Shown here piece after piece: positions 6,785 to 15,543 of a stretch of 30,074 bases of DNA (positions are counted from its first letter, which is position 1; each line of letters starts with the position of its first letter). Source of the DNA: an uncultured archaeon (lineage in GTDB: Archaea > Iainarchaeota > Iainarchaeia > Iainarchaeales > DATDZZ01). The notes beneath the pieces were generated by a model. It searched no databases. It had not been told where the DNA came from and saw only the letters and a program-made list of their open reading frames with translations. A program made the position numbers and the translations under genes. The stretch lies in contig CAYJVY010000005.1 in the NCBI GenBank assembly GCA_964373795.1, positions 69,913-99,986 on the forward strand. The letters are read 5' to 3'.

Positions 6785-7660
6785 ATGGTTTTCCAAGAAT
6801 TTTTTGCATTAATTCAGCCAACAGAGATTCAGTTAATTCTTTTTCTGCAAAGCTTTCAAAGCGATTTGCTTAATCTCTTATTTCAAGGAATTACTTTTCT
6901 GGGAAACCCTATTCCTTGGATGTTGTTAGCTGCATTTATTTATTGGAAAGGAGAAGAAAACGAATCGTTTTTTTTATCGAATTTAATTCTTTTAACTACT
7001 GCAATCACTGGAATGATTAAAGTTGGAATTGCAAGGCCCAGACCTTCAAGTGAATTAGTAAAAGTATTGGATGAAACTTATTTTAATTTAAGTTTTCCAA
7101 GCAATCATGCAGCAATAGCTAGTGGATTATTAGGATATTATAGTAAAGTAAAGCATCATTTTGTATGGACGTTACTTGTAATGGCTTTACTTGTAGGATT
7201 GTCTAGAATGTATTTAGGAGTGCATTATTTAAGTGATGTAATTGTTGGATTAATTTTAGGATTTTTTATTGGATTACTTAATTGGAATATTAGGGAAAGA
7301 TTTATTCAACACAAATTTAAGTTAACAAAATTAGTTGATGAAATAGCATTAGTATTAATAGTTCTGTTATTTTTAGTTTCAATTTTTTTTGTAAGCATTA
7401 TAGAATATAGTTCTTCCTTGCTTGGATTTTATTTCGGATTTTTTTTATTAAAGGAAATTGAATTCAATCAATCAAAACTAGAAAACAAAAATTCTTTAAT
7501 TAAAAAACAATTAATTGGATTTTTATTGTTGCTTGGAATAGTTGCACTAGGATTTTATTTAAAAGAGCCATTGATTAAATCATTTGTATTCTTTTTTTCA
7601 GGGCTATGGATTAGTGCAGTTTATCCTTTTTTGTTTGAAAAATTTTCAAACAAAAAATAA
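6785..7660 (+). CDS. PAP2-family phosphatase (phosphatidic acid / undecaprenyl-diphosphate phosphatase-like) with an extra C-terminal TM region
   Basis: The three PAP2 motifs are present: KVGIARPRP, PSNHA and SRMYLGVHYLSDV. Multiple TM helices. Confidence 0.85.
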   Translation: MVFQEFFALIQPTEIQLILFLQSFQSDLLNLLFQGITFLGNPIPWMLLAAFIYWKGEENESFFLSNLILLTTAITGMIKVGIARPRPSSELVKVLDETYFNLSFPSNHAAIASGLLGYYSKVKHHFVWTLLVMALLVGLSRMYLGVHYLSDVIVGLILGFFIGLLNWNIRERFIQHKFKLTKLVDEIALVLIVLLFLVSIFFVSIIEYSSSLLGFYFGFFLLKEIEFNQSKLENKNSLIKKQLIGFLLLLGIVALGFYLKEPLIKSFVFFFSGLWISAVYPFLFEKFSNKK

Positions 7661-8545
7661 TTAATGTGTTTTGAAAACTGATTCAATTTTTTTATCCAAA
7701 TCCGTGTTTACTTCAAAAATGTAGTCAGCTAATTTAAGCAATTGAGAAATTTTTTGCACAATTGAAGGCCCTTTATTTGTTTTAATTAAAATTGTTTTCA
7801 TTTTTTTAGCTAAATCGATGTCTCCATAAGAATCAGTTATTAGAAGAGAATTTTTTGGTGAAAAAATCCAATCCCTTTCTTGACATAAATCTTGAATTGC
7901 TTGAATTTTGGATTTCACTGGAATGCCTTGGATTTCAGTGTTTTGAGTTCCAATAATTGAATTCAAGCCAATTATTACTCCACTTGAATTAAACTTTAAT
8001 TCCGATCCAATTAATCCATCAAATTCGAATTCAAAATTTTTTTTCAAAAAATTGTTTAACATTAAAGCAAAATCAACAGAAGAAAGAGTTGCCAAAATTA
8101 TTTTCGCTTTATGAGTTTCTTTAATTTTTTTTAAAGCTTTAATTAATTTAGTTCTCAAACCAACTTTCACTACTTCTAAAACTTTTTTAAAGTCTTTTTT
8201 AGAGCAATTTCTTTGAGCTAATAAATTGTTTCCCTGAATAATTGCTTCTTCAACTGAAAAATTTCCATCAGCAATTCCTTTAATAATGGATTTATAGAAA
8301 TGCTCTCCCAAAGTTGTTCCGTTCTCAAGTTTTTCTGGATAGACAATTGATAAGGCTTCCATTCCTGCATCTGATTCAAAAACAGTTCCATCCATGTCAA
8401 CAATTACTGTTAAAATGTTGTCAGAGAAGAATCGTTTTTTGAAAGGCCTTCTTCTTCTAAGCTTGAATTCTAAAGAATTTTTCACTACTTGTCCAAGCAA
8501 TCTAGCTTTTGCAAGTCTTTTCCTTAAAGGAATCTTGGATTTCAT
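7661..8545 (-). CDS. HAD-superfamily hydrolase (subfamily IB-like) with a basic N-terminal extension
   Basis: Motif I VDMDGTVF and motif IV-like DSYGDIDLAKK. Its stop codon directly abuts the PAP2 stop (7660/7661). Confidence 0.7.
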   Translation of the reverse strand: MKSKIPLRKRLAKARLLGQVVKNSLEFKLRRRRPFKKRFFSDNILTVIVDMDGTVFESDAGMEALSIVYPEKLENGTTLGEHFYKSIIKGIADGNFSVEEAIIQGNNLLAQRNCSKKDFKKVLEVVKVGLRTKLIKALKKIKETHKAKIILATLSSVDFALMLNNFLKKNFEFEFDGLIGSELKFNSSGVIIGLNSIIGTQNTEIQGIPVKSKIQAIQDLCQERDWIFSPKNSLLITDSYGDIDLAKKMKTILIKTNKGPSIVQKISQLLKLADYIFEVNTDLDKKIESVFKTH

Positions 8546-8601
8546 TTTATATTAAAGCATGGAAATATTTAATAATAAAATTAGGCAAACTAGAAGGCAA
8601 A

Positions 8602-9306
8602 CTAAATTTTTTCCAATACAACAATTGTTCCATTCAGTGTTTCCTCGAATTTATCTATCACTCTAAATCCAAGTAATTCAATGTCTTCTTTTCTAATTAT
8701 GCGAGTTAACAAGGGCTCAACATAAGAATAAGCAAAAACTTTTCCTTTTGGTTTTAACACTCTTCTAAGTTCTTGTAACACTAAAGGAATGTCTCCTTTA
8801 TCTAATACTTCTCCTGGAACAAAAAAGTTATCAGCAATAACTGCATCCACTGATTCTGGCTTTAATGGAAGGATTCTTGCATCTCCTTTAATTGCAGGAA
8901 AATCTTTCAATCCTTTTCTTTTTCTAACTTGTTTTCCTATTCTCATTGCAACATCATCCAAACCTAAAGAAATTCCTTTCGATCCTCTGCGATTTTGCAA
9001 AAAAGACAAAAAAATTCCTTGAGTAGCTCCAATGTCTAAAATAGTTTTTCCCTTAAATCTTCTTAAATGCTTTTTCATAAACTTGTAAAGCATATTAAAA
9101 TAAATCAAAACTTTATGTCGCGTGTTTATTCGCCTACCGTGAACTCTTTCATATCTTTCTATTTCATCAAGTATTTCTCTGTCTTCATGTGTTTTATCAC
9201 GCCAATCTGCTAACTCCATTAATTCAGGTTTTTTTAACCACTTTCTCCAATACCTGAATTTAGTCTTTAAATCAGCAAAAGAAGGTAATCTCATTTTAAA
9301 ACCCAT
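8602..9306 (-). CDS. Class I SAM-dependent methyltransferase with a roughly 85-aa basic N-terminal extension
   Basis: ILDIGATQGIF (motif I-like), acidic loop, ADNFFVPGEV and LRRVLKPKGKVF (post-motif II/III pattern). Confidence 0.65.
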   Translation of the reverse strand: MGFKMRLPSFADLKTKFRYWRKWLKKPELMELADWRDKTHEDREILDEIERYERVHGRRINTRHKVLIYFNMLYKFMKKHLRRFKGKTILDIGATQGIFLSFLQNRRGSKGISLGLDDVAMRIGKQVRKRKGLKDFPAIKGDARILPLKPESVDAVIADNFFVPGEVLDKGDIPLVLQELRRVLKPKGKVFAYSYVEPLLTRIIRKEDIELLGFRVIDKFEETLNGTIVVLEKI

Positions 9307-9356
9307 TAACTTTAATAAATTTATACAACTTAAAATTAATAAGGTTTAAGGAATAT

Positions 9357-9524
9357 CCCTCCTTAGCTTAGTAGCCAAAGCGTCCGGCTGTAGTTTAAGC
9401 CTTTTCTTTTGAAAAGAAAGTTTACGGCTTTCAAGCCGAGAATGTCAAATGCATTTAAAGTATGTTGGCATGCCGATTTAAAGCGGCGACCGGAAGACCC
9501 CCGGTGCAACTCCGGGAGGGGGGA
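9357..9524 (+). tRNA. tRNA-Tyr (anticodon GTA) with a 95-nt intron at 37/38
   Basis: Exons 9357-9393 and 9489-9524. C1-G72 acceptor ccctcct/agggggg, D arm gctt-agtagcca-aagc, anticodon stem tccgg/ccgga with loop ctGTAg|intron|a, 5-nt variable arm, T arm cccgg-tgcaact-ccggg. The intron has several local hairpins (cttttc-tttt-gaaaag; cggct-ttca-agccg; ggcatgcc). Confidence 0.85.
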
Positions 9525-9680
9525 CATTTTCATTTTTTGGACAAAGAGGTTTTAATAAATGAGAAAATACATTCCTCATTTCATGAAAAAAAAAGAACCT
9601 AAAAGAGAAGTAAAAAAAGAAGAAATAAAATTTAAAACTAGTATGTAAACACTTAAAGAATATAAACTAAATAGAGCTTA

Positions 9681-10802
9681 TTGTATGGTATGAGTTTAAT
9701 TGTTAAACAAGGAAAAATTTTTCATTTCTCTATATATGATTTGGCTAATGAAATTAATTTACACAAAATCGAAAAACTATTAAAGCAAAGAATTGAAACT
9801 CAAGTAGAATTATATCGAAGGCTTACACCAAAATATCTTAAATACCAAGTTCCTCCTTTGCTTGTAAAACTTGTAAGCAAAAAAATTTCCATTGCTGCAA
9901 AAAAGGAATTCAATTTAATAATGAAAGCCAAGATCTATGATTTTGGAGTTGTAAGCATTGTTAATTCAATTGAATTCAATGGCTCTTTAAAAGAAATGCA
10001 TGAACTTTCAACAAAAAAAGAATTCATTGATTTAATTGAAAAAGAAACAAATCACTATTTGAAAAAATTAATTGAAAAAATTAAAGACTCATTTAATAAC
10101 CCTTCAAATAGCTTGGAATTCAATGAATTTTATTATATTTTTTACGTAAAAGAATTTGAAAAACCAATTGAAACTGAAACTCTTCTAAACTCGGAAAACA
10201 AAAAAGAGCTTGCAAGACTTGTAAGATTTGATGAAAACGAATTCAGTGAAGAAGAAATTGAAAATATTTTTGAAGACAAAGCAAGTTATTACTCTGATGA
10301 CTTGGTTTTAATTGATTTAGAGGCATGCTTTATTTACGACAAAATCGAGCCAATGGATTTACTAGATGTAATAGAGTATGCAAAAATTCAATTACTTGAA
10401 TTAAGGTATTACGATGAAGGATTAGACAAAGGAATTAACAAGGCATACGATGAAATGAAAATTCATACAGGATTATTTGCTAATTACAATAAAGCTTTAT
10501 ATGAATTAGGGCAATACAAGTTAACTATTACTGAAATAGTTGACAGAATTGACAATGCATTAAAACTAATTGGAGACAATTACTTGGCAAGAGTTTACTT
10601 GCTTGCAAACAATGAATTCTATTTAGAGGAATGGAAGAAAAGCGTGAACAAAAAATTAACAGTAATTGAAGACATTTACTCTAAATTAAACGATCAAGCA
10701 GAAGCCCAAAGACATAAAGTAAATGAAATAATAATGCTAATACTGGAATTCTTAATAGTGGTGTTTTTTGCATTCGAAATCTGGAAAAACTATTTTACTT
10801 AA
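9681..10802 (+). CDS. RMD1/DUF155-like protein with a C-terminal TM anchor (tentative)
   Basis: The length, the LIGDNYLARVY-type segment, the coiled region and the single C-terminal TM helix (IIMLILEFLIVVFFAFEIW) resemble DUF155 proteins from memory. An ATG at 9690 is an alternative to the TTG at 9681. Confidence 0.45.
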   Translation: MYGMSLIVKQGKIFHFSIYDLANEINLHKIEKLLKQRIETQVELYRRLTPKYLKYQVPPLLVKLVSKKISIAAKKEFNLIMKAKIYDFGVVSIVNSIEFNGSLKEMHELSTKKEFIDLIEKETNHYLKKLIEKIKDSFNNPSNSLEFNEFYYIFYVKEFEKPIETETLLNSENKKELARLVRFDENEFSEEEIENIFEDKASYYSDDLVLIDLEACFIYDKIEPMDLLDVIEYAKIQLLELRYYDEGLDKGINKAYDEMKIHTGLFANYNKALYELGQYKLTITEIVDRIDNALKLIGDNYLARVYLLANNEFYLEEWKKSVNKKLTVIEDIYSKLNDQAEAQRHKVNEIIMLILEFLIVVFFAFEIWKNYFT

Positions 10803-10858
10803 GCCAAGCAGTTCGTGAAAACCAAACTAATAAAAACATCCTCAAACACTAATTTTTT

Positions 10859-11512
10859 ATGGTTCAAAGAATTAAGTCAAGAATAAGCGAATTTACAAGA
10901 AGAGCTGCTAGAAGAGTTTTAGAATCAAGAGCCGTCATTGCAACAAGAAAAACTGCTAGATATGTTTCAGGAGGACTATTGCTTGACTCTGAAGAAACAG
11001 CAAAAGCTGTGAAATCTGTTTTAAATAAATTAAATGAACGACAAGGATATGGATCTAAAAAATTTGATGAATTAAAATATAAAACTGTTTGGAATAGATT
11101 TAGAAGAAGCTTTTATTGGCAAGGACGTTCGGTGGAGGCAAGAATTTTTGATTACTTAATGTTAAGCAAAAAATATAATGCAAGAGAAGTGCTTGAAATG
11201 GTTGACACTCATTTCAGAGAAAAAGATTTAAAGATAAGTGAGTTAAAGAAAAAAGTTTCAGAAATTTTTAAAAGCATTTCGGACAAGGTAACTCAAGCAA
11301 TGGAAATAGTTAGAACTGCTCAAAGAAAATTTTCAGAGACTCCTTTAACTGTAAAAGAAAACCAAGTATTTAATCCTCAAAATGAAGTTAGAAATAAAAC
11401 TCTTGGATTTGCAATAGGAGATATATGGGCAAACTCTCTTCAAAGAGTTTATGATGGAATTAGCGAAGTAAATGAACAACTAGAAGGAATAGAAGAAATT
11501 AATTTACTGTAA
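10859..11512 (+). CDS. Hypothetical basic protein
   Basis: Long ORF with coding-like composition and an Arg-rich N-terminus (MVQRIKSRISEFTRRAARR). No family recognised. Confidence 0.55.
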   Translation: MVQRIKSRISEFTRRAARRVLESRAVIATRKTARYVSGGLLLDSEETAKAVKSVLNKLNERQGYGSKKFDELKYKTVWNRFRRSFYWQGRSVEARIFDYLMLSKKYNAREVLEMVDTHFREKDLKISELKKKVSEIFKSISDKVTQAMEIVRTAQRKFSETPLTVKENQVFNPQNEVRNKTLGFAIGDIWANSLQRVYDGISEVNEQLEGIEEINLL

Positions 11513-11592
11513 TAAAGAAATTTCGCTCTATTGTTTGAATTGAACGCAAACCTTTTAATTTTTCTGCACTCAAATTGAATAGGTGATGTTAA

Positions 11593-12048
11593 ATGAAAAT
11601 GAATTCATTTGTTTCAAGTGTTTTAAGATTTGTTGACTTTGTTTCTCCTCCAGAAAATGTTTTCGCGCATTGCGATATCCCTTGCGGAATATATGAAACA
11701 GATTCAATAATGCATGCAGCTGAAACAGTTTACAAAATGGATGAAAAACTTTTAGCTTTAGAGCCTCCAAAAGATGATTCAAAAAGACTTGCATTTGTTC
11801 ACGATGTCTCTAGAATGGTGCATACAAAAGAAGAATTTGCTCACAAATGCAAAGAAGAATTATTAATTTTATGGACTGATTACTTTAAACCAGAGCATTT
11901 ACAAAAATTTCCAAACCTTCATGAAACTTTTTGGAAAGCAGCAAAACAATGTTCCACAGTTAAAAGACAAGTGAACTTACAAGAGGCTCAAAAACTTAAA
12001 GACATGGTTAAAGAAGTTTCAGAAATATTCAAAAAATCAAAACAATAA
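11593..12048 (+). CDS. sodN: Nickel superoxide dismutase precursor
   Basis: Ni-hook HCDIPCGIY (nt 11668-11694) follows a 25-aa leader. LWTDYFKPEHLQKFPNLH closely parallels the Streptomyces NiSOD LWSDYFKPPHFEKYPELH. GGTGA lies upstream of the ATG. Confidence 0.93.
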   Translation: MKMNSFVSSVLRFVDFVSPPENVFAHCDIPCGIYETDSIMHAAETVYKMDEKLLALEPPKDDSKRLAFVHDVSRMVHTKEEFAHKCKEELLILWTDYFKPEHLQKFPNLHETFWKAAKQCSTVKRQVNLQEAQKLKDMVKEVSEIFKKSKQ

Positions 12049-12060
12049 GAGGAAAACTAA

Positions 12061-12384
12061 ATGGATTTAATTAATTTAATTAATTTAATTCCAACATTTC
12101 TTTCACTTAAAAGATTTAAAGTAGAAGGAAACAGCATGAATCCCTTACTCTTGCAAGGAGATAGAGTACTAGTTTTCACTAAAAAAAATCAACAAATAAT
12201 AGAAGGAGATTTAGTTCTAGCAATAAATCCCTTAAATGGAAAAAAAATAGTAAAACAAGTAAAAAAAATTAATGGAAAAAAAATTTTTTTAATTGGGGTA
12301 AACGAAAAAGAATCAACTGACAGTAGAGAATTCGGAGAAATTGAAAGAGAAAACCTAATTGGAAAGGTGTGGAAAAAATATTAA
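12061..12384 (+). CDS. sodX: NiSOD maturation protease (S26 signal-peptidase-like), minimal 107-aa form
   Basis: GNSMNPLL (Ser nucleophile box), IVKQVKKI (Lys box) and GVNEKESTDSREFG (GDN..S.DSR..G box). It starts 12 nt after sodN. Confidence 0.8.
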   Translation: MDLINLINLIPTFLSLKRFKVEGNSMNPLLLQGDRVLVFTKKNQQIIEGDLVLAINPLNGKKIVKQVKKINGKKIFLIGVNEKESTDSREFGEIERENLIGKVWKKY

Positions 12385-12451
12385 ATTCTTTAAAGCAATT
12401 TCTTTTTGGCAAATTTTCGCCAACTGATTTGTCCACAATTCTATTTTTTAG

Positions 12452-12497
12452 TGTAATACAAATGTATATATATTAATTGTGTTACAATTGTATATAG
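12452..12497. promoter_or_regulatory. Two 20-nt direct repeats (period 26) with a TACAATTGTA dyad. Candidate operator/TATA region of the RHH-PIN operon.
   Basis: TGTAATACAAATGTATATAT (12452-12471) and TGTGTTACAATTGTATATAG (12478-12497) match at 16/20. Perfect 10-nt palindrome at 12483-12492. Located just upstream of the ATG at 12506. Confidence 0.45.
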
Positions 12498-12505
12498 GTG
12501 ATTTT

Positions 12506-12763
12506 ATGGCTTCAACTATTGCCCATGTAAGATTTAACGAACATGAAATTGAGTTTTTGAAAGGAGTTGTAAAAGAAGGGACTTACAATAGCATGAGTGA
12601 CGCAATTAAAACTGCGGTTAGACTAATGGAGTTTAGAAATTTGCAAATGCGCATTGCAACTAAATATAAAGACATGTTCAACTATGACAAGGTAATGAAA
12701 TCTCTTAAGAAAAGTAGAAAAACAGTTTATAGGAAATACTTTGGAAGTAAGAAAAATGATTAA
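12506..12763 (+). CDS. Ribbon-helix-helix (CopG-like) antitoxin
   Basis: MASTIAHVRFNEHEIEFLK... has a beta-strand then two-helix pattern typical of RHH. It overlaps the PIN gene by 8 nt. Start moved from 12479 to the ATG at 12506. Confidence 0.7.
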   Translation: MASTIAHVRFNEHEIEFLKGVVKEGTYNSMSDAIKTAVRLMEFRNLQMRIATKYKDMFNYDKVMKSLKKSRKTVYRKYFGSKKND

Positions 12764-13202
12764 GGCTTATCTTGACAGCAACGTATTTATATTCGGTTTA
12801 AAAGATAAAACTAATTCTTCCCAGGTTTTAGAACTTGCTTTAGACGGAAAAATCGAAGTAGTGATTTCAGATTACTTGATTGAAGAAGTAAGAGAAAATA
12901 TCATTAGAAGATTTGACAAGGACATTTATTCAAAACTATTAAAGACTATAACAAAAATTCCATTCAAGGTAAATATTTACAAAGCCGAGATAACAAACAC
13001 AATATTAGAGGTGGGAAACATTGTTAACAAAGATGACGCTCCACACATTTGTGCATACATACAAGATAAAGCAGATTACTTTGTTACAGCAAACAGAAAA
13101 CTCGCACAAGAAAAAATTGCACACAAAGTAAACTTTGTTACTCCTAAAAAATTTGTTGAATTAATTGGACTGCAAAGCTTTGATACAAAAAATGAAGAAT
13201 AA
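12756..13202 (+). CDS. PIN-domain toxin (VapC-like)
   Basis: MIKAYLDSNVFIF (first Asp), LIEEV (Glu), DDAPHICAY and FVTANRKL match the PIN acidic-residue spacing. Start taken at the internal ATG at 12756. Confidence 0.75.
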   Translation: MIKAYLDSNVFIFGLKDKTNSSQVLELALDGKIEVVISDYLIEEVRENIIRRFDKDIYSKLLKTITKIPFKVNIYKAEITNTILEVGNIVNKDDAPHICAYIQDKADYFVTANRKLAQEKIAHKVNFVTPKKFVELIGLQSFDTKNEE

Positions 13203-13256
13203 ATTTTGGCAAGGCAATTTCTTTTATTCGTTTTGCATCCCTATTTTTTGAACTTT

Positions 13257-14624
13257 ATGGCAAAAATTGAATCAATTAATCCTGCAACAGAAGAAGTAAT
13301 TGCAGAATATGATTTGCTGAACTGGAAGCAAGCATTACAAGAACTTGAAAAAACAAAAAAAGCGTTTCCTGAATGGCGAGAGATTGAAGTAAAAGAGCGC
13401 GCGAATTTTTTAGCAAAAGCTGCAAAGGTTTTACGAGAGAGAAAACAAAAATATTCAGAAATAATGACTAATGAAATGGGTAAACCAATTTCACAGAGTT
13501 TGGCTGAAGTGGAAAAATGTGCTTGGGCTTGCGAGTATTTTTCAGAAAATGCTGAAAAATTTTTGCAAGACGAATTAATTCAAACAGAAGCAAAAAAAAG
13601 CTTTGTTGCATTTCAACCTTTAGGAAATATTTTGGGAGTAATGCCTTGGAATTATCCTTTCTGGCAAGTGTTTAGATTTGCGTCTTCTACTTTAGCTGTT
13701 GGAAATACTGTTACAATAAAACATTCATCAAATGTTCCTGGATCTGCATTGGCTTGCAGAGAGGTATTCAGAGAAGCAGGATTGCCTGAAAATGTTTTCA
13801 AAGTATTATTAATTGATTCTAAAACAACTGAAAAAATTATTCCAACAAATTTTGTTCAAGGAATTTCCTTGACTGGAAGCACTGAAGCAGGAAGAAAAGT
13901 TGCAGAGATTTCAGGGCAGGCCTTGAAAAAAACAGTCCTCGAGTTAGGAGGCAGTGATCCTTTTGTTGTTTTGGATGATGTTGATGTTTCTTTGTGCGCG
14001 CAGCAAGCTGTACAGGGAAGAATAATTAATTCAGGGCAAAGCTGTATTGCTGCGAAAAGATTCATTGTTTTGAAATCTGTGGAAAAAGAATTCACACAAA
14101 AATATTTAGAGCACATGAAGGCTTTAAGGATTGGTAATCCTTTAGAGAAGGAAACCCAAATTGGACCAATGGCAAGAAAAGATTTAGTTAATGCTTTGGA
14201 TATGCAGGTGAAAAAATCCGTTAAACAGGGCGCGAAATTATTGCTTGGAGGAAAAAAAATTACAGGAAAAGGTTTTTTCTACGAGCCTACTTTGCTTGGC
14301 AGAGTAACAGAAAAAATGACTGCTTTTAATGAAGAAACTTTTGGCCCGGTTGCAGGAATAATTTCCGCAAATGATGAGGATGATGCAGTGCGTTTAGCAA
14401 ACAAAACAATTTATGGTTTAGGCGCAAGTGTTTGGAGCAAGAATTTGGAGCGTGCGGAAAAAATTGCTTTGAAAATTGAGGCTGGTCTGCTTTACGTAAA
14501 TGACATTGTTAAAACAGATCCAAGATTGCCCGCAGGTGGAGTAAAAGAATCCGGATACGGAAGAGAGTTAAGCCATTATTCTTTACTTGAATTTGCTAAT
14601 TTGAAAACAATTGTAGTAAAGTAA
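13257..14624 (+). CDS. NAD(P)+-dependent aldehyde dehydrogenase (succinate-semialdehyde dehydrogenase-like)
   Basis: ELGGSDP Glu box, NSGQSCIAAKRF catalytic Cys box, PWNYPFWQ and EETFGPV. Start set at MAKIESINPAT. Confidence 0.9.
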   Translation: MAKIESINPATEEVIAEYDLLNWKQALQELEKTKKAFPEWREIEVKERANFLAKAAKVLRERKQKYSEIMTNEMGKPISQSLAEVEKCAWACEYFSENAEKFLQDELIQTEAKKSFVAFQPLGNILGVMPWNYPFWQVFRFASSTLAVGNTVTIKHSSNVPGSALACREVFREAGLPENVFKVLLIDSKTTEKIIPTNFVQGISLTGSTEAGRKVAEISGQALKKTVLELGGSDPFVVLDDVDVSLCAQQAVQGRIINSGQSCIAAKRFIVLKSVEKEFTQKYLEHMKALRIGNPLEKETQIGPMARKDLVNALDMQVKKSVKQGAKLLLGGKKITGKGFFYEPTLLGRVTEKMTAFNEETFGPVAGIISANDEDDAVRLANKTIYGLGASVWSKNLERAEKIALKIEAGLLYVNDIVKTDPRLPAGGVKESGYGRELSHYSLLEFANLKTIVVK

Positions 14625-14631
14625 ACCACAA

Positions 14632-14649
14632 AAAAAGCAAAAGCTTTTT
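14632..14649 (+). terminator. Hairpin aaaaagc-aaaa-gcttttt 8 nt after the ALDH stop
   Basis: Perfect 7-bp inverted repeat whose 3' arm is a T-run, seen directly. Function not shown. Confidence 0.35.
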
Positions 14650-14674
14650 ATTTAGAATTAACTTAATTAAAAAC

Positions 14675-15373
14675 ATGAATTCAAAAATAGTTTTAATTGC
14701 TTTAATTGCGTTAACTGTTTTAATTGCTGGATGCATTGATAAAGATATTAATCCCCTCAAAACTAAAGATGACACAAAAGATCAAGGCATGCTAAAATAC
14801 TTTGTTTATGATAAAACAATAAAGCCTTGCGAAGCTCCAAAAACTTCTAAACCAGAAAACCTCAAGCCATATGAAGATCAACTTAAAGAAATTTCTTTTC
14901 AATATCCAACTACTTGGGAATACAAACCCGTATATGGAGGAGCAGTGTTTAGAGTTACAAAAAAAGATGAATCATTCTCTAGATTTGAGGCAAGCAATAT
15001 TGCTGATTCAGCATTATTTAAATCAAAAAATAAACTAACGGTAGAAACTAATTTGCAAACCGAAACTGCTTTTAGAATAAATAAAAGATTGAAAGAAGAT
15101 TCAGGAGTGGATGAAAAGGATTTAGAGGTTTGCTCTACAACTCTTGATGGAAATCCTGCAGTAAAATTAACATATAAAGGGTATATAGGAATTGATGCAG
15201 AAAAAGCAAATGAAATTGACTCTATTAAAAGAATGGATATTCTAACAGTTAAAAATGGTACAGCTTATTTAGCTTCATTTGAGTTAACAGAGAAAAAAGG
15301 AAAAAACTTGTTTGAAAAATACTTGCCTGAAGTGAACTATGTTATGAGTACTCTAAAAATTATTAAAGAATAA
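14675..15373 (+). CDS. Secreted/lipoprotein-like hypothetical protein
   Basis: Signal peptide with LIAGC lipobox-like Cys. No family recognised. Confidence 0.6.
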   Translation: MNSKIVLIALIALTVLIAGCIDKDINPLKTKDDTKDQGMLKYFVYDKTIKPCEAPKTSKPENLKPYEDQLKEISFQYPTTWEYKPVYGGAVFRVTKKDESFSRFEASNIADSALFKSKNKLTVETNLQTETAFRINKRLKEDSGVDEKDLEVCSTTLDGNPAVKLTYKGYIGIDAEKANEIDSIKRMDILTVKNGTAYLASFELTEKKGKNLFEKYLPEVNYVMSTLKIIKE

Positions 15374-15543
15374 TAGTTCAATAAATGATTGCTAGATTTT
15401 TAAACTCTTTTTCTCATGTCTTAGTTACATTATCAAAAAACTAGGATAGTATGTTGTTACAAGAAAATCTTTATATAGCAAAATGAAGATTTTTGTGAAA
15501 TTAAAAGCTTTGAATTGAGTGGAAAGAAAAAGTGAGGGATTAA

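Noticed and set aside
6563-6821. Track ORFs 6563..6784 (+) and 6594..6821 (-), rich in Arg/Ala/Cys, covering the GC island
   Set aside because: Both overlap tRNA-Pro and the GC-rich element. Their open frames are a by-product of high GC (few stop codons). Neither reading frame is conserved in copy B or C.
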